From Phormidesmis sp. (GTDB lineage Bacteria > Cyanobacteriota > Cyanobacteriia > Leptolyngbyales > Leptolyngbyaceae): 64,000 bases of DNA. Positions 1-11,757 of this stretch are shown here, one piece after another. Below the pieces are notes generated by a model, which saw nothing but the letters and a program-made list of their open reading frames with translations, was not told where the DNA came from and ran no database searches. Position 1 is the first letter of the stretch; every line of letters begins with the position of its first letter. Both the position numbers and the translations under genes were made by a program. The DNA is taken from positions 1,088,001 to 1,152,000 of the forward strand of contig CBDFJR010000005.1 in NCBI GenBank assembly GCA_965248535.1, given 5' to 3'.

Positions 1-35
1 TGCGCGGTGGGAGTTTTATCTCGACTAACGACCAT
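1..35 (-). CDS. secY: Preprotein translocase SecY, 5' end only (runs off window)
   Basis: Minus strand reads MVVSRDKTPTA..., the typical cyanobacterial SecY N-terminus; AGAGG SD upstream; canonical position after rplO. Confidence 0.85.
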   Translation of the reverse strand, partial: MVVSRDKTPTA

Positions 36-173
36 AAAGGGATACCTCTTACATACACTCGCAGCGGTCTTGCAACACTCGTCGGCAGTTGCCACAGACT
101 GCAAAGCGCCATCCCTCAAAACGAAGAATGACGTTTTTACAACCTTTCAGATGACCCGTCCCAGACTCTGATC

Positions 174-650
174 CTACGCCTTAGCGCGGTGCCAGGTGGG
201 TTTGCCAGCCAAGATTTCACACGTTCCACCTGCTGCCTCAATTTTAGCGCGAGCGCCTGCGGTGAATGCAGTCGCCTGAACGGTCAGCTTTACGGACAGA
301 TCGCCATCGCCCAAAATCTTGAGCGGGCCATCGTCGGTCGTGACAATTCCAGCTTCCATTAAAGAAGACAAATTCACTTCAGCGTTGGCGGGAAAAGATG
401 CCAATTCACCGACGTTCAAGATCGTGAAATGTTTACGATTGATGACGGTGAAATAGCTTAACTTAGGCAGACGACGATAGAGAGGCGTTTGACCCCCCTC
501 AAAACCGGGACGAGTAGGACGACCCGATCGAGACTTTTGACCTCGCATCCCAAAGCCGCCGCTTGCGCCTTGTCCTGCCGCAATGCCTCGACCAATTCGG
601 CGCTTGCGCTTGGTTGAGCCTTCTTGAGGCACAGCATCTTCTAATCTCAT
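174..650 (-). CDS. rplO: 50S ribosomal protein L15
   Basis: [36 protein letters not shown]. Confidence 0.98.
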   Translation of the reverse strand: MRLEDAVPQEGSTKRKRRIGRGIAAGQGASGGFGMRGQKSRSGRPTRPGFEGGQTPLYRRLPKLSYFTVINRKHFTILNVGELASFPANAEVNLSSLMEAGIVTTDDGPLKILGDGDLSVKLTVQATAFTAGARAKIEAAGGTCEILAGKPTWHRAKA

Positions 651-720
651 AATTCGTTGCTCTTAAATAAGGACTACTCAAGAAATATAGGTGAACCGCG
701 AAACACGATTCACCCATCGC

Positions 721-1245
721 TCAAGTTGCGTAGAGATTCTCGATCGGAACGCCCCGCTCTTCTGCCACATCAGCAAAAGTGCGAAGGTTATCTAACGCAC
801 TGACCGCGGCCCGCGCATTGTTGAGAGGATTGCCAGACCCAAGTTGCTTCGCCAAGATATTCTTGACACCCGCGAGTTCGAGAACGGTGCGAACCGCTCC
901 CCCAGCAATTACCCCAGTTCCCGGAGCGGCGGGGCGCATCATCACTTTTGCACCACCACCCGCACCCTGAGCCGGGTGAGGAATGGAATTTGATTTGGTC
1001 AGAGGCACTTCAACGAGGTGCTTTTTGCCATCTGCCACGCCTTTCTTGACAGCGCCGATTACGTCACTGGCTTTGCCGACTCCTACGCCGACCTGACCCT
1101 TTTCGTTACCGACGACGACAATGGCGCGGAAGCTGAGTTTTTTACCGCCCTTGACCACCTTGGTCACGCGACGGATTTGCACGACCCGCTCTTGCCAGTC
1201 TGATTTCTCTTCGCGAGGTTTGTTGCTCTTGCGACCTTTTGCCAT
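721..1245 (-). CDS. rpsE: 30S ribosomal protein S5
   Basis: [34 protein letters not shown]. Confidence 0.98.
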   Translation of the reverse strand: MAKGRKSNKPREEKSDWQERVVQIRRVTKVVKGGKKLSFRAIVVVGNEKGQVGVGVGKASDVIGAVKKGVADGKKHLVEVPLTKSNSIPHPAQGAGGGAKVMMRPAAPGTGVIAGGAVRTVLELAGVKNILAKQLGSGNPLNNARAAVSALDNLRTFADVAEERGVPIENLYAT

Positions 1246-1255
1246 GTTGTTTCTC

Positions 1256-1618
1256 CTAGAAGTCTAGACCAGCTTCGCGGGCAGCTTCGGCTAGCGATTT
1301 TACCCGTCCGTGATAGAGGTTGCCCCCACGATCAAAGACCACTCTTTGAATGCCCTGGGCGATCGCCCGTTGAGCCACCAACTTGCCGACTTCAGTTGAA
1401 GCCTCACAGTTTGAACCCGACTCAACTTTACCTTTAATTTCTGGCTCGACCGTCGAAGCAGAAACCAGAGTGTGCTGGGTGGTGTCGTCAATCACCTGAA
1501 CATAAATGTGCTGGTTAGAGCGAAACACTGCGAGACGAGGACGCTCTGAGGTTCCGGTAACGGTGCGGCGCACCCGTGCGTGACGACGACGGGTTGATTC
1601 TCGACGAGTCATTTTCAT
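1256..1618 (-). CDS. rplR: 50S ribosomal protein L18
   Basis: [28 protein letters not shown]. Confidence 0.98.
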   Translation of the reverse strand: MKMTRRESTRRRHARVRRTVTGTSERPRLAVFRSNQHIYVQVIDDTTQHTLVSASTVEPEIKGKVESGSNCEASTEVGKLVAQRAIAQGIQRVVFDRGGNLYHGRVKSLAEAAREAGLDF

Positions 1619-1621
1619 GAT

Positions 1622-2170
1622 CTATTTCTTCCCTTTACCACCAGTCTTACCAACTTTGCGTCTGACGGCTTCGCCAGCATATCGAATGCCCTTGCCCTTA
1701 TAGGGTTCGGGGGGACGCACCGCCCGAATTTTGGCGGCCGTGTTTCCAACAATTTCTTTATCGATGCCACTGACAGTCACGTTAGTGTTGCCTTCAACCG
1801 CGACCTGAATTCCTTCGGGTGGGGCAATATCTACAGGTTTGCTGTAGCCCACATTGAGAATTAGGTTTCGCCCTTGAACTTGGGCACGATAACCAACACC
1901 TTGAATTTCGAGCTTACGTTGGAATCCGGTGGAGACACCTTCAACCATGTTGGCAACGAGGGTGCGGCATAAACCATGACGTTGACGAGCGGCGCGAGAC
2001 TCATCCCGGCGCTTAACCTCGATCGTCGTTCCTTCCTGTTCAACCGTCACTTCGGGTGGCAAAACTCTAGAGAGTTCGCCTTTGGGCCCTTTGACTAAAA
2101 CGTGTTGCCCATCAATGGTGACCGTCACCTTTGCGGGAACATCAATAATGCGTTTACCAATCCGAGACAT
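1622..2170 (-). CDS. rplF: 50S ribosomal protein L6
   Basis: MSRIGK.., [13 protein letters not shown]. Confidence 0.98.
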   Translation of the reverse strand: MSRIGKRIIDVPAKVTVTIDGQHVLVKGPKGELSRVLPPEVTVEQEGTTIEVKRRDESRAARQRHGLCRTLVANMVEGVSTGFQRKLEIQGVGYRAQVQGRNLILNVGYSKPVDIAPPEGIQVAVEGNTNVTVSGIDKEIVGNTAAKIRAVRPPEPYKGKGIRYAGEAVRRKVGKTGGKGKK

Positions 2171-2240
2171 AACTGATCACCTTTTTTGAATAAAAGCTGT
2201 TCGCTGTGAGCCAATCAACAGCAACGACTAATATCCAGAC

Positions 2241-2642
2241 TCACCAGACATAACAAAGGACTTCGCCGCCGACTCCGGTGCGCCGAGCTTCGCGATCGGT
2301 CATGATGCCGCTGGATGTCGAGACGATCGCGATGCCAATGCCGCCCAACACACGGGGGAGTTCCTTGCGGTTAGCGTAAACTCGGAGTCCGGGTTTGCTG
2401 ACTCGCTTGAGGGCGGTGATAATCGGCTTGCGATTTTTGCCTCGATATTTGAGACCCAGCACGAGATGACGCTCAACGCCTTCTCCCGCTTCTTCGTATT
2501 CAGCAATAAAGCCTTCTGCCTTGAGCACATGGGCAATGCTGCGCGTCATCTTGGTCGATGGCACTTTGGTCGTTTGGTGTCTTGCTAGGCTTGCATTTCG
2601 GATGCGAGTCAGCATATCTGAAATTGTGTCGTTAACCGCCAT
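2241..2642 (-). CDS. rpsH: 30S ribosomal protein S8
   Basis: [30 protein letters not shown]. Confidence 0.98.
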   Translation of the reverse strand: MAVNDTISDMLTRIRNASLARHQTTKVPSTKMTRSIAHVLKAEGFIAEYEEAGEGVERHLVLGLKYRGKNRKPIITALKRVSKPGLRVYANRKELPRVLGGIGIAIVSTSSGIMTDREARRTGVGGEVLCYVW

Positions 2643-2665
2643 AGTTCCCTCTTAATGAAACTGCA

Positions 2666-3211
2666 TCAGTTGTCCCGGAATGGCATGCCCAGTTCTTTAA
2701 GCAGGGCGCGACCTTCTTCGTCGGAGTTTGCAGTTGTGATGATTGAAATGTCCATACCGCGAATCTGATCGATGCTGTCATATTCGATCTCCGGGAAGAT
2801 CAACTGCTCTCTCAGACCTAGCGTGTAGTTTCCTCGTCCGTCGAAGCTCTTGGGGCTGATGCCTCTAAAGTCACGAATCCGAGGCAGCGAAAGGTTGATC
2901 AACCGATCGAGAAAGGTAAACATCCGATCGCCGCGCAGGGTCACCATCACGCCGACGGGCATTCCTTCACGGATTTTAAAGCCCGCGATCGCTTTCTTGG
3001 CGCGGGTCACCACAGGTTTTTGTCCGGTAATGGTCGCAATCTCGTTGATCGACGCTTCCAACGCTTTCGCATTTTGGGAGGCTTCACCGAGTCCCCGGTT
3101 GATCGTGATTTTTGCCACTTTCGGAACCTGATGGACGTTCGTGTAACTGAACTGCTCCGTCAGCTTCGGGACGATTTTTTCTTGATAGATATCTTTTAAT
3201 CGTTGAGCCAT
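2666..3211 (-). CDS. rplE: 50S ribosomal protein L5 (start reassigned to ATG 3211, MAQRLK)
   Basis: [30 protein letters not shown]; the 19-codon N-terminal extension in the ORF track is not L5-like. Confidence 0.97.
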   Translation of the reverse strand: MAQRLKDIYQEKIVPKLTEQFSYTNVHQVPKVAKITINRGLGEASQNAKALEASINEIATITGQKPVVTRAKKAIAGFKIREGMPVGVMVTLRGDRMFTFLDRLINLSLPRIRDFRGISPKSFDGRGNYTLGLREQLIFPEIEYDSIDQIRGMDISIITTANSDEEGRALLKELGMPFRDN

Positions 3212-3281
3212 AGTTTGGGTTCCTCTTCCCTGGGCTTGGTCAGGGGCTAGTGGAGTGTTGAAACGCAAAGTCTCGCGTCTC

Positions 3282-3626
3282 TTAATCGATGATCTCGCCC
3301 GTCTTTTTTAACATCCGAACTTTCTTGCCATCAGCGTTGACGGTGTAGCAGATGCGGCTGGCCACTTTCTGCTTTTCGGAGTAAACCATGACGTTAGAGC
3401 TATGAATCGGGGCTTCTTGAGTGACAATTTGACCCGATTCGCCTTCCTGCTGAGGTTTGACGTGCTTGGTGCGAACGTTCACACCCTTGACGACAACTTT
3501 GCTCAATTTAGGAAGGGTTTGCAGGATTTCGCCAATCTTGCCTTTGTCACTGCCCGCGATGATTTTCACGGTGTCGCCTTTTTTGACGTGCATCTTGTGA
3601 CGCACGACTTCTTTCTGAATTGCCAT
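3282..3626 (-). CDS. rplX: 50S ribosomal protein L24
   Basis: KOW motif [28 protein letters not shown]. Confidence 0.97.
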   Translation of the reverse strand: MAIQKEVVRHKMHVKKGDTVKIIAGSDKGKIGEILQTLPKLSKVVVKGVNVRTKHVKPQQEGESGQIVTQEAPIHSSNVMVYSEKQKVASRICYTVNADGKKVRMLKKTGEIID

Positions 3627-3994
3627 TACAGAACCTCCGGAGCGAGGGAAACGATTTTGGTGAAGTTTTTCTCGCGCAATTCGCGAGCAACGGGGCCAAA
3701 CACCCGCGTGCCTCTGGGGTTACCGTCTTGGTTAATGATCACGGCGGCGTTGTCATCAAACCGAATGCTCATGCCGCTGTCACGGCGCATGGTGTGACGA
3801 GTCCGCACAATCACAGCGCGTACCACATCAGACTTCTTGACCGCCATATTGGGGATCGCATCTTTGACCACCGCGATGATCACATCACCGACTCCGCCAT
3901 AGCGACGGTTACCGCCGCCGATGACTCGGATGCACATCAGCTTTCGAGCGCCGCTGTTATCCGCCACATTGAGATAGCTTTCTTGTTGAATCAT
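3626..3994 (-). CDS. rplN: 50S ribosomal protein L14
   Basis: [30 protein letters not shown]. Confidence 0.98.
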   Translation of the reverse strand: MIQQESYLNVADNSGARKLMCIRVIGGGNRRYGGVGDVIIAVVKDAIPNMAVKKSDVVRAVIVRTRHTMRRDSGMSIRFDDNAAVIINQDGNPRGTRVFGPVARELREKNFTKIVSLAPEVL

Positions 3995-4011
3995 GTCTAA
4001 GTCCCTCGCAT

Positions 4012-4263
4012 TTAACCTTTAGAGGCAGTACCCAGGATTTCGGACACGACCCAACGCTTGGTGCGGCTGAGAGGTCGGGTTTCCTGAATGCGGACACGAT
4101 CGCCCGTTTTGCACTTGTTTTCTTCATCGTGCGCTTTGTAGCGCTGGGTGTTGACGACAATTTTGCCGTATTTGGGGTGGGCGGATCGGTTCTCGATCGC
4201 TACAACAATGGTTTTATCCATCTTGTCGCTGACTACCACACCGACTCTTTCTTTGACTGCCAT
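4012..4263 (-). CDS. rpsQ: 30S ribosomal protein S17
   Basis: [28 protein letters not shown]. Confidence 0.98.
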   Translation of the reverse strand: MAVKERVGVVVSDKMDKTIVVAIENRSAHPKYGKIVVNTQRYKAHDEENKCKTGDRVRIQETRPLSRTKRWVVSEILGTASKG

Positions 4264-4332
4264 TGCAATTACTCCAGTAAAAAAGGATGAACTAAAAAGG
4301 TGAATTTAGAACCCGATCTTGAATTCAGCCTT

Positions 4333-4545
4333 CTAGTCTTCAGTCTTTTTCAACTGCCGCTCTCGCTCGACGGTCAGCAGTTGAGATAGCTGATGTCTGG
4401 TGTGCTTGAACAGATGAGGCTTTTCTAATTGGCGAGTGCCTTTTTGCATTCTCAGCGTAAAAAGCTGCTTTTTGACGGCAACAATTTGGTCTGCCAATTC
4501 TTGGTCGCCTAGATTTCTGGCTTCTTCGATCTTAGGAAGAGGCAT
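4333..4545 (-). CDS. rpmC: 50S ribosomal protein L29
   Basis: KKQLFTLRMQKGTRQLEKPHLF; operon position. Confidence 0.95.
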   Translation of the reverse strand: MPLPKIEEARNLGDQELADQIVAVKKQLFTLRMQKGTRQLEKPHLFKHTRHQLSQLLTVERERQLKKTED

Positions 4546-4548
4546 AGG

Positions 4549-4971
4549 TTAAGACTCCTCCGTGGTTTGACGGGTAATAAACTTGGTCTTGATGGGCAGT
4601 TTGAAGGCCGCTAGACGCATCGCTTCACGAGCGATCTCTTCGGTCACACCCGCAATCTCAAACATGATGCGACCGGGTTTGACGACCGCAACCCAAAACT
4701 CAGGCGCACCTTTACCTGAACCCATTCGGGTTTCGGCGGGGCGCATCGTGACGGGCTTGTCAGGAAAGACGCGAATCCAGATTTTGCCACCCCGACGAAT
4801 GTAGCGAGTCATCGCACGACGACTGGCTTCGATTTGACGAGAGGTGATCCAGGACGGCTCTAGAGCTTGGAGACCGAAATCTCCAAAGTTGAGGTCGCTA
4901 CCGCGAGAAGCCATGCCTCTCATGCGACCGCGCTGCTGTTTGCGGAATTTAGTTCTTCTTGGGCTTAACAT
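4549..4971 (-). CDS. rplP: 50S ribosomal protein L16
   Basis: [24 protein letters not shown]. Confidence 0.98.
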   Translation of the reverse strand: MLSPRRTKFRKQQRGRMRGMASRGSDLNFGDFGLQALEPSWITSRQIEASRRAMTRYIRRGGKIWIRVFPDKPVTMRPAETRMGSGKGAPEFWVAVVKPGRIMFEIAGVTEEIAREAMRLAAFKLPIKTKFITRQTTEES

Positions 4972-4990
4972 GACTCGATACCAATTAAAT

Positions 4991-5018
4991 TCAGGAGTCA
5001 GGAGTCAGGAGTCAGGAG
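4991..5018. repeat. Tandem heptamer (TCAGGAG)x4, STRR-like
   Basis: Four exact copies in the rpsC-rplP spacer. Confidence 0.9.
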
Positions 5019-5035
5019 GATTAATCCGTCATCCT

Positions 5036-5788
5036 TTATCCTTCGTTCGATCGGTCTTCAAATTGTTGACGACGACGCTGTTGACGACGACGCGGTTGGT
5101 TAGAAGGAGGAGCAGCATCAATGAGTTCTTGACCGGGGATGATTTCGCCTTTAAAGACCCAGATTTTGATGCCCAAAATACCGTAGATCGTTTGAGCGGT
5201 GACGTAAGCGTAGTCAATGTCAGCTCTCAGCGTGTGCAGAGGAACGCGACCTTCACGAGTCCATTCAGGACGTGCGATTTCGGCCCCGTTTAGACGACCA
5301 CTGACTTGGATTTTAATGCCTTCAACACCTGCTCGTTGAGCGCGCTGAATCGCTTGACGAACGACGCGACGGAAGGAAACCCGACGCTCTAGCTGTTCGG
5401 CAATATACTCACCAATCAGCGCAGCATCGGCATCAACGCGAGCCACTTCGACGACGTTGACGCGAATCTGACGATCGCTGCTTCCCAACGCTTCTTGCAG
5501 ACCCAAGCGCAGGGTTTCGATCCCAGCGCCGCCGCGACCGACAATTACGCCGGGGCGAGAGGTGCGAATTTCTAAATCAATCTGATCGGCTTTGCGCTCG
5601 ATCCGAATCTCGGAAATTCCGGGCTTCTTCAGGTTGTCCAGATTTTTAGGATTCTTAGCAAAAAACTCGCGAATCTTGAAATCTTCTTTCAACAGTTCAG
5701 GGTATCGGCTGGTGTCGGCATACCACCGAGAGCGGTGATCTTTGATGATCCCTAGCCGAAACCCAGTTGGATTAATTTTCTGTCCCAC
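5036..5788 (-). CDS. rpsC: 30S ribosomal protein S3
   Basis: [30 protein letters not shown] start. Confidence 0.98.
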   Translation of the reverse strand: MGQKINPTGFRLGIIKDHRSRWYADTSRYPELLKEDFKIREFFAKNPKNLDNLKKPGISEIRIERKADQIDLEIRTSRPGVIVGRGGAGIETLRLGLQEALGSSDRQIRVNVVEVARVDADAALIGEYIAEQLERRVSFRRVVRQAIQRAQRAGVEGIKIQVSGRLNGAEIARPEWTREGRVPLHTLRADIDYAYVTAQTIYGILGIKIWVFKGEIIPGQELIDAAPPSNQPRRRQQRRRQQFEDRSNEG

Positions 5789-5834
5789 GAATGCGTTCCT
5801 CTGAGATAAAGCAGTTTAAGTAGGAATAACTGAA

Positions 5835-6191
5835 CTAGGAATCGGCTCCCGGAGCCACCGCCACCGTGATGTGACACGTCGGCTTGCGAATTTGGTAAGC
5901 GCGACCCTGTGCCCGTGGTCTAAACCGCTTTAGCGAAGGCCCTTGATCGGCAAAGGCTTGGCTGACCACCAGACCTGCCCGCTCCATGCCCTGATTGTGT
6001 TCGGCGTTGGCTGCTGCCGATCGCAGCACTTTGAGCACAGGCTCACAGGCGCGATAGGGCATGAATTCCAAAATGATCAAGGCCTCTCGGTAGGACAGTC
6101 CTCGAATTTGGTCGAGAACCCGACGCACCTTGTGGGGAGACATGCGGATGTAACGTGCGATCGCTTTAACTTCAGTCGTATCAGTAGCCAT
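5835..6191 (-). CDS. rplV: 50S ribosomal protein L22
   Basis: [26 protein letters not shown]. Confidence 0.98.
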   Translation of the reverse strand: MATDTTEVKAIARYIRMSPHKVRRVLDQIRGLSYREALIILEFMPYRACEPVLKVLRSAAANAEHNQGMERAGLVVSQAFADQGPSLKRFRPRAQGRAYQIRKPTCHITVAVAPGADS

Positions 6192-6269
6192 AGTTTTCTC
6201 CTTGACGGGCGAGAGGCGAGGGATTGAGAATCAGGCTTTCACCTATCACCCCTCGCGCCGCCCTTTCTC

Positions 6270-6548
6270 CTATCGACGTGCTTTTTTGTCGCTACCTGCG
6301 TGTCCCCGAAATGTCCGAGTCGGGGCAAACTCGCCGAGTTTGTGACCGACCATTTGCTCAGAGACATAGACGGGAACGTGCTGACGACCGTTGTGAACGG
6401 CGATCGTGTGTCCAATCATCTGGGGCAAAATCGTCGAAGCTCGTGACCAGGTTTTGATGACTTGCTTGTCACCTCTGGCGTTGAGCGCTTCAACTTTGCT
6501 CATCAGATGGTCAGCAACAAAGGGCCCTTTTTTTAGTGAACGTGCCAT
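6270..6548 (-). CDS. rpsS: 30S ribosomal protein S19
   Basis: [22 protein letters not shown]. Confidence 0.98.
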   Translation of the reverse strand: MARSLKKGPFVADHLMSKVEALNARGDKQVIKTWSRASTILPQMIGHTIAVHNGRQHVPVYVSEQMVGHKLGEFAPTRTFRGHAGSDKKARR

Positions 6549-6568
6549 GTGAGTTTCCCTTAGTCAAA

Positions 6569-7432
6569 TTACGATTCCCGTCCGCCGCGACCCCGTTTCG
6601 AGGACTTACGACGACGACGCACGATGAATGCGCTACTTAGTTTCTTCTTGTTGCGGGTTTTGCGTCCTAACGTCGGCTTACCCCAAGGTGTGACAGGGCC
6701 TGCACGCCCGATCGGTGCTCTGCCTTCTCCACCACCATGAGGGTGATCGACCGGGTTCATAACGCTACCGCGCACTTGGGGACGACGACCTTTGTGACGG
6801 GTGCGTCCGGCTTTACCCAAGTTGATGTTCCTCGCTTCGAGGTTGCCGACTTGCCCGATCGTGGCGTAGCAATCTTTGCGGATTAACCGAACTTCAGTTG
6901 AAGGCAGTTTTAGCGTGACGTAATCGCCATCTTTTGCCGCGACTTGAGCCGCCGCTCCGGCTGCCCGAACGATCTGACCGCCTTTGCCAGGAACAAGTTC
7001 AACGTTGTGAACGATCGTACCGAGGGGAATCTTTTCGAGGGGTAAGGCGTTGCCGATCTCGATCGGAGCATCTGGCCCAGACCGAATCACGGTGCCAACC
7101 TTCAGGTTGTTGGGGTGAAGAATATAGCGCTTCTCGCCGTCTGCATAAAACAACAGCGCCAGACGTGCGTTGCGGTTGGGATCGTATTCGATCGCCGCCA
7201 CCCGCGCCGGAATGTTGAGTTTATCGCGACGAAAATCAATGATGCGATAGAGACGTTTGTGCCCGCCGCCCCGATGACGACAGGTGATTACGCCTCGGTT
7301 GTTGCGTCCTTTATCCCGGTGCTTAGTCGTGGTTAAAGACTTTTCTGGCTCGGTCTTGGTGATCTCGCTGAAGTCAGAAACGCTACGCTGACGGCTGCCA
7401 GGAGTCAGGGGTCTATAAATTCGGATGCCCAT
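6569..7432 (-). CDS. rplB: 50S ribosomal protein L2
   Basis: [31 protein letters not shown]. Confidence 0.98.
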   Translation of the reverse strand: MGIRIYRPLTPGSRQRSVSDFSEITKTEPEKSLTTTKHRDKGRNNRGVITCRHRGGGHKRLYRIIDFRRDKLNIPARVAAIEYDPNRNARLALLFYADGEKRYILHPNNLKVGTVIRSGPDAPIEIGNALPLEKIPLGTIVHNVELVPGKGGQIVRAAGAAAQVAAKDGDYVTLKLPSTEVRLIRKDCYATIGQVGNLEARNINLGKAGRTRHKGRRPQVRGSVMNPVDHPHGGGEGRAPIGRAGPVTPWGKPTLGRKTRNKKKLSSAFIVRRRRKSSKRGRGGRES

Positions 7433-7454
7433 AATTTGCTACGCTCAGGGGTTT

Positions 7455-7757
7455 CTAAACTTCTGGGAACAGAGTGATGGAGTCGCCTTCTGCCAGGGTG
7501 ACGATCGCTTTCTTATAGTGAGGTCTATGACCTGCAAACTTGCCGACGCGACGCGCTTTGCGAGGCGGATGCTGAGTCGTCACACCCGTCACCTTGACTT
7601 CAAACATCAGTTCGACCGCCGCCTTGATCTCAGGTTTGGTCGCCTTAGGCTGAACCTCAAAGGTGTACTGGTTGAGTTCCAATCGCTGAGTCGCCTTCTC
7701 GGTGATAATCGGACGACGAATTAAATCCGCTAAGTTGCGGGGGCTAAAATCACTCAC
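7455..7757 (-). CDS. rplW: 50S ribosomal protein L23 (GTG start 7757, overlapping rplD end)
   Basis: [27 protein letters not shown]. Confidence 0.95.
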   Translation of the reverse strand: MSDFSPRNLADLIRRPIITEKATQRLELNQYTFEVQPKATKPEIKAAVELMFEVKVTGVTTQHPPRKARRVGKFAGHRPHYKKAIVTLAEGDSITLFPEV

Positions 7758-8382
7758 CGTAGACCTCCTGGATCTTTTCAAGGGCAGCCGGGGTGGCCAC
7801 AATGTGGTCGGCTGCCAGCAAATCAAACACGTTTAGGTTGTTGGCCGAGATCAGTCTGAGCTTCTCAATGTTGCGAGCAGACAGATAAACTGTCTCGTTG
7901 CGCTCTGCCATGATGATCAGCACTTTCTTATCTGGCTCGACACCCCAGCGGCTCAGAGCCTGCACCATTTCTCTGGTTTTAGGACGGGGCAACTGGGCTG
8001 CAAAATCCTCTACCACAATCAAATCAGCAACGCGACTTTGGAATGCAGTCCGTAGGGCCAATCGTCGCTCTTTGCGGTTCATTTTGAGGGTGTAATCTCT
8101 GGGTTTGGGCCCAAAAATTACGCCGCCGCCCCGCCAGAGTGGAGACCGGATCGATCCAGCACGAGCGCGCCCGGTGCCTTTTTGTCTCCAGGGTTTGCGT
8201 CCGCCCCCGCGCACTTCAGCACGAGTTTTGGTCGAAGCGTTGCCCTGACGCTGATTTGCCAACTGACGAACCAATGCCCGATGCACGACGTGAGCCGCGC
8301 TTTCTTCTTTGGCAACTTTAAGCTCGATCGAGGCCTGCCCCGCATCGTCTCCTTGCCAATTTTTCACTACACAATCAACCAT
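7750..8382 (-). CDS. rplD: 50S ribosomal protein L4
   Basis: [27 protein letters not shown]. Confidence 0.98.
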   Translation of the reverse strand: MVDCVVKNWQGDDAGQASIELKVAKEESAAHVVHRALVRQLANQRQGNASTKTRAEVRGGGRKPWRQKGTGRARAGSIRSPLWRGGGVIFGPKPRDYTLKMNRKERRLALRTAFQSRVADLIVVEDFAAQLPRPKTREMVQALSRWGVEPDKKVLIIMAERNETVYLSARNIEKLRLISANNLNVFDLLAADHIVATPAALEKIQEVYGE

Positions 8383-8399
8383 TTCTGTCTCCTTCTGCC

Positions 8400-9047
8400 C
8401 TAGCGCCCAACTTTCTTAGCGGGCATGATTTGCACCAGAGCACCGGGCTTACCGGGAACTGCTCCTTTGATCAAAATCAAGTTCCGTTCTAGATCCACGC
8501 GCACCACAGTCAGCTTCTTGATCGTGACCTGCGTGCCGCCTAGACGACCTGCCATCCGTTTGCCGGGGTAGACCCGTCCGGGAGTGGTGCCTGCTCCGGT
8601 CGAACCGGGAGCGCGGTGGTTTTTAGAACCGTGAGACATGGGCCCTCGTGCGAAGTTGTGACGCTTTTGGTAACCCGCAAAGCCTTTACCGATGCTGGTG
8701 CCTGTCACATCGACGATCTGACCTGCTTCAAAGATGTCAGCTTTGATTTCTTGACCTAATTCGTAAGCGCTGTAGTCTTCTGACGGAAGGTATTGGCGCA
8801 TCTCAGTGAGATGGCGCAGAGGGGCAGAATTGGATTTGGCGAGGTGCCCCAATTCAGGTTTGCTCAATGACTTGACTCGTGTTTCACCAAACCCGATTTG
8901 CACGGCGGTATAGCCGTCTGTTTCACGAGTTTTAACTTGGGTGATGGGGCAGGGCCCTGCTTGAATGACGGTCACGGGAACAGCAAGTCCTGTTTCGTCA
9001 AACACTTGAGTCATGCCGAGCTTTGTGCCGAGAATGCCGACAGCCAC
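8400..9047 (-). CDS. rplC: 50S ribosomal protein L3
   Basis: [31 protein letters not shown]; first gene of the operon, as in cyanobacteria. Confidence 0.98.
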   Translation of the reverse strand: MAVGILGTKLGMTQVFDETGLAVPVTVIQAGPCPITQVKTRETDGYTAVQIGFGETRVKSLSKPELGHLAKSNSAPLRHLTEMRQYLPSEDYSAYELGQEIKADIFEAGQIVDVTGTSIGKGFAGYQKRHNFARGPMSHGSKNHRAPGSTGAGTTPGRVYPGKRMAGRLGGTQVTIKKLTVVRVDLERNLILIKGAVPGKPGALVQIMPAKKVGR

Positions 9048-9436
9048 GGTAACTGGTCTCCTTTTCTACACACTTGGACATAGCGAAATCGCGACATTGA
9101 GACGCAGTTTCGTTATCGAACGGATTCCACGGTCTGAGACCAGATGAATCTTACCTCTCTGCTTAAGAGGGCAGCGGATTCCGCATTTCTTTAGACACTT
9201 TGGTCGATTCTGCAAAGCGGCTTGAGAGGTGCCAACTGGCACTGCTCTTTTGTGCTTCTCCCGCCTGGACTTGAACAAATTGTTGCTCAGTATCCGTTGA
9301 TGGCTGGGGTCAAACGCGCAAGCTGGGTTTTGCAAACCCTGAAGAAGTTCTTTGCTTCTTCGCCCGAAGTCTCGAAACAATTTCCCTCACACGAGATGAA
9401 AAGGTTTTCTGAGATGCGCTACAGCCTATTACTATA
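9048..9436 (-). promoter_or_regulatory. Putative -10 element (TATAGT, 9431-9436) and long hairpin-rich leader of the rplC operon
   Basis: About 380 nt without a credible ORF; several short inverted repeats. Confidence 0.45.
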
Positions 9437-9646
9437 GCTCAAATCTGAATACTTCTTCATGGAAATTGCACAATTAGAAATTTAGCGACAATTAAACATA
9501 CTAATACAGTCATGGGCGATCGTCTACTAAATCATCTAAATTTTTTCTCTGAGGTCACCCATCGATGAAGTTTGATCACCACGATTCGGATAGAAAACCC
9601 GTTGAGAGACCTCTATTGTGATAGTCACCCCTGAGAAAAACTCACT

Positions 9647-10525
9647 ATGAAAATCAGAGAATGGCTGCTTCTCATCGTTTTGTCGGTCTTGTGGGGTGGC
9701 TCTTTCTTCTTGATTAAAGTCGCACTGCTGGATTTGTCGCCTCTGACGATCGTGCTGGGTCGAGTCGGTTTGGCGGCGATCGTGCTCACAGCATTTGTCT
9801 ATTTAAGTGGACAGAAACTGCCAGCCTCGCCAAAGTTATGGCGTTCTTTCTTTGTCATGGGCGCATTAAACACCCTAATTCCTTTCAGCCTGATCGTCTG
9901 GGGAGAAACTCAGATTAGCAGTGGTCTTGCTTCGGTGCTCAATGCAACTACTCCTGTGTTTACCGTTTTGTTAGTTCATTTGTTCACTCGTGAAGATTCT
10001 CTGACATTTAACCGCACGATCGGGGTAGTTTTTAGCTTTTGCGGAGTCGTGGTGTTGGTTGGCGCAGATGTGTTGAGCGGAATGCAACTGCAAAGTTTAG
10101 GACAGCTTGCAGTCATGGGTGCCACTTTTTGTTATGCGTGTGCTTCAATTTATGGTCATCGGTTCAGAGATCTTTCTGCTGTCGTTGCTGCTGCCGGAAT
10201 CTTGTGTGCCACCACAGTGATGTCATTACCACTTACGTTTGTATTAGAAAAACCGTGGGACTTAAATCCTAGTGCCGCTACTTGGGGTGCTTTATTTGGA
10301 TTGGGAATTTTTAACACCGCCATTGCCTACTTAATCTATTTTCATCTTCTTGCGGTTGTAGGTGCCACTAACACTTCATTGGTTACATTTTTAATTCCGA
10401 TTAGTGCGCTATTTCTTAGCGTGTTTATTCTCCATGAGCCACTGCATTGGAACACTTATGTAGGAATGGTATTAATCTTTGCAGGTTTAGCCGCGATCGA
10501 CGGACGATTGCTCAAACCATCATGA
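9647..10525 (+). CDS. EamA/DMT family membrane transporter
   Basis: About 10 hydrophobic segments, LWGGSF, two EamA repeats. Confidence 0.9.
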   Translation: MKIREWLLLIVLSVLWGGSFFLIKVALLDLSPLTIVLGRVGLAAIVLTAFVYLSGQKLPASPKLWRSFFVMGALNTLIPFSLIVWGETQISSGLASVLNATTPVFTVLLVHLFTREDSLTFNRTIGVVFSFCGVVVLVGADVLSGMQLQSLGQLAVMGATFCYACASIYGHRFRDLSAVVAAAGILCATTVMSLPLTFVLEKPWDLNPSAATWGALFGLGIFNTAIAYLIYFHLLAVVGATNTSLVTFLIPISALFLSVFILHEPLHWNTYVGMVLIFAGLAAIDGRLLKPS

Positions 10526-11583
10526 CTCAACTGACGGAGGAAACCTTTTGGCAAGCGGTGCTTAATCGAGATCCCAGCTTTGACGGAAAAATCTTTTACG
10601 GCGTACACTCCACGAAGATTTATTGCCGCCCAACGTGCCCCAGTCGCAGACCTAACAGAAGTCAGGTTTCATTTTATCGATCGCCCCAAGCCGCAGAAGC
10701 AGACAATTTTCGTCCCTGTAAGCGGTGTCATCCACAAGCTGCGATCGCTCCAAATTCCACAACCGATAAAGTCATTGCAGCTTGCCGTTATGTCGAAGCC
10801 CAATCTGACCATATTCCCACTCTCGCCGAGTTAAGCGATCGCGTTGAAATGAGTCTGAGTTATCTGCAACGAGTCTTTAAGAAAATAACGGGCGTGACTC
10901 CTTTTGAGTATGCCAATGCTCATCGCATTCAACATCTAAAACAGCATCTTCATCAAGGAGAGTCGGTCACTCATGCCCTCTATGAAGTGGGATATGGATC
11001 GAGTAGCCGCCTCTATGAAACTTCATTGGAGAATCTTGGAATGACTCCCGCCTCTTATAAGCAACACGGTAAAGGAGAAGAAATTCGCTATGCGATCGTC
11101 GATTCTCCCCTCGACTTTCTTCTAATTGCCGCCACCGATCGGGGCTTATGCAGCGTTCAACTTGGAGACTCGATCGCAGACCTCGAAACCCAACTTCGCC
11201 ATGAATTTCGTCACGCTTCAATTCGGCAAACCGACGAACTTCAGGATTGGATGCAAGCGATTGTTAACTACCTGAGCGGCAACTTGCCCTTGCCAGATCT
11301 GCCCTGTGATGTCAGAGCGACTGCTTTTCAGGTTCAGGTTTGGGAGGCGTTGAAAAAGATCCCGATCGGAACCACCGTTCACTACAGCGATATTGCGGCA
11401 ACGATCGGGCAGCCCACTTCAGTTCGGGCGGTGGCTCGTGCGTGTGCAACTAACCCGATCGCGCTTCTAGTTCCCTGCCATCGCGTGATCCCTAAATCAG
11501 GTGGTTTGGGCGGCTATCGCTGGGGAGTGAGTCGCAAACAAAGACTGCTCGACTTAGAGAAATACACGATCGATCTATCGTAG
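10522..11583 (+). CDS. ada: Bifunctional Ada regulator / O6-methylguanine-DNA methyltransferase (start ATG 10522)
   Basis: Zn-binding CRPTC..RPCKRC, AraC-type HTH, PCHRV active site; ATGA overlap with the EamA gene. Confidence 0.93.
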   Translation: MTQLTEETFWQAVLNRDPSFDGKIFYGVHSTKIYCRPTCPSRRPNRSQVSFYRSPQAAEADNFRPCKRCHPQAAIAPNSTTDKVIAACRYVEAQSDHIPTLAELSDRVEMSLSYLQRVFKKITGVTPFEYANAHRIQHLKQHLHQGESVTHALYEVGYGSSSRLYETSLENLGMTPASYKQHGKGEEIRYAIVDSPLDFLLIAATDRGLCSVQLGDSIADLETQLRHEFRHASIRQTDELQDWMQAIVNYLSGNLPLPDLPCDVRATAFQVQVWEALKKIPIGTTVHYSDIAATIGQPTSVRAVARACATNPIALLVPCHRVIPKSGGLGGYRWGVSRKQRLLDLEKYTIDLS

Positions 11584-11757
11584 GGATAGAACTTTTTAAT
11601 CAGTGAAGCTCTCAGTCAACAGGTAGAATGATTGCTAGAAACTTAACACTTGTGTCGTGACGCATCTTCAAGGTTGCTTTGAAGGGTGACGTTACCAAAG
11701 GTAAAAATCCTATTTTTGTTCTAGCCAGCATAAAACCTAGAGACGGACTGCAAATCT

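Noticed and set aside
1..9047. Absence of rpsJ, rpsN and rpmD from the S10/spc cluster
   Set aside because: Normal arrangement for cyanobacteria
9066..9437. ORFs 9066..9380(-) and 9222..9437(+)
   Set aside because: No recognisable protein features; the region is better explained as the rplC leader/promoter
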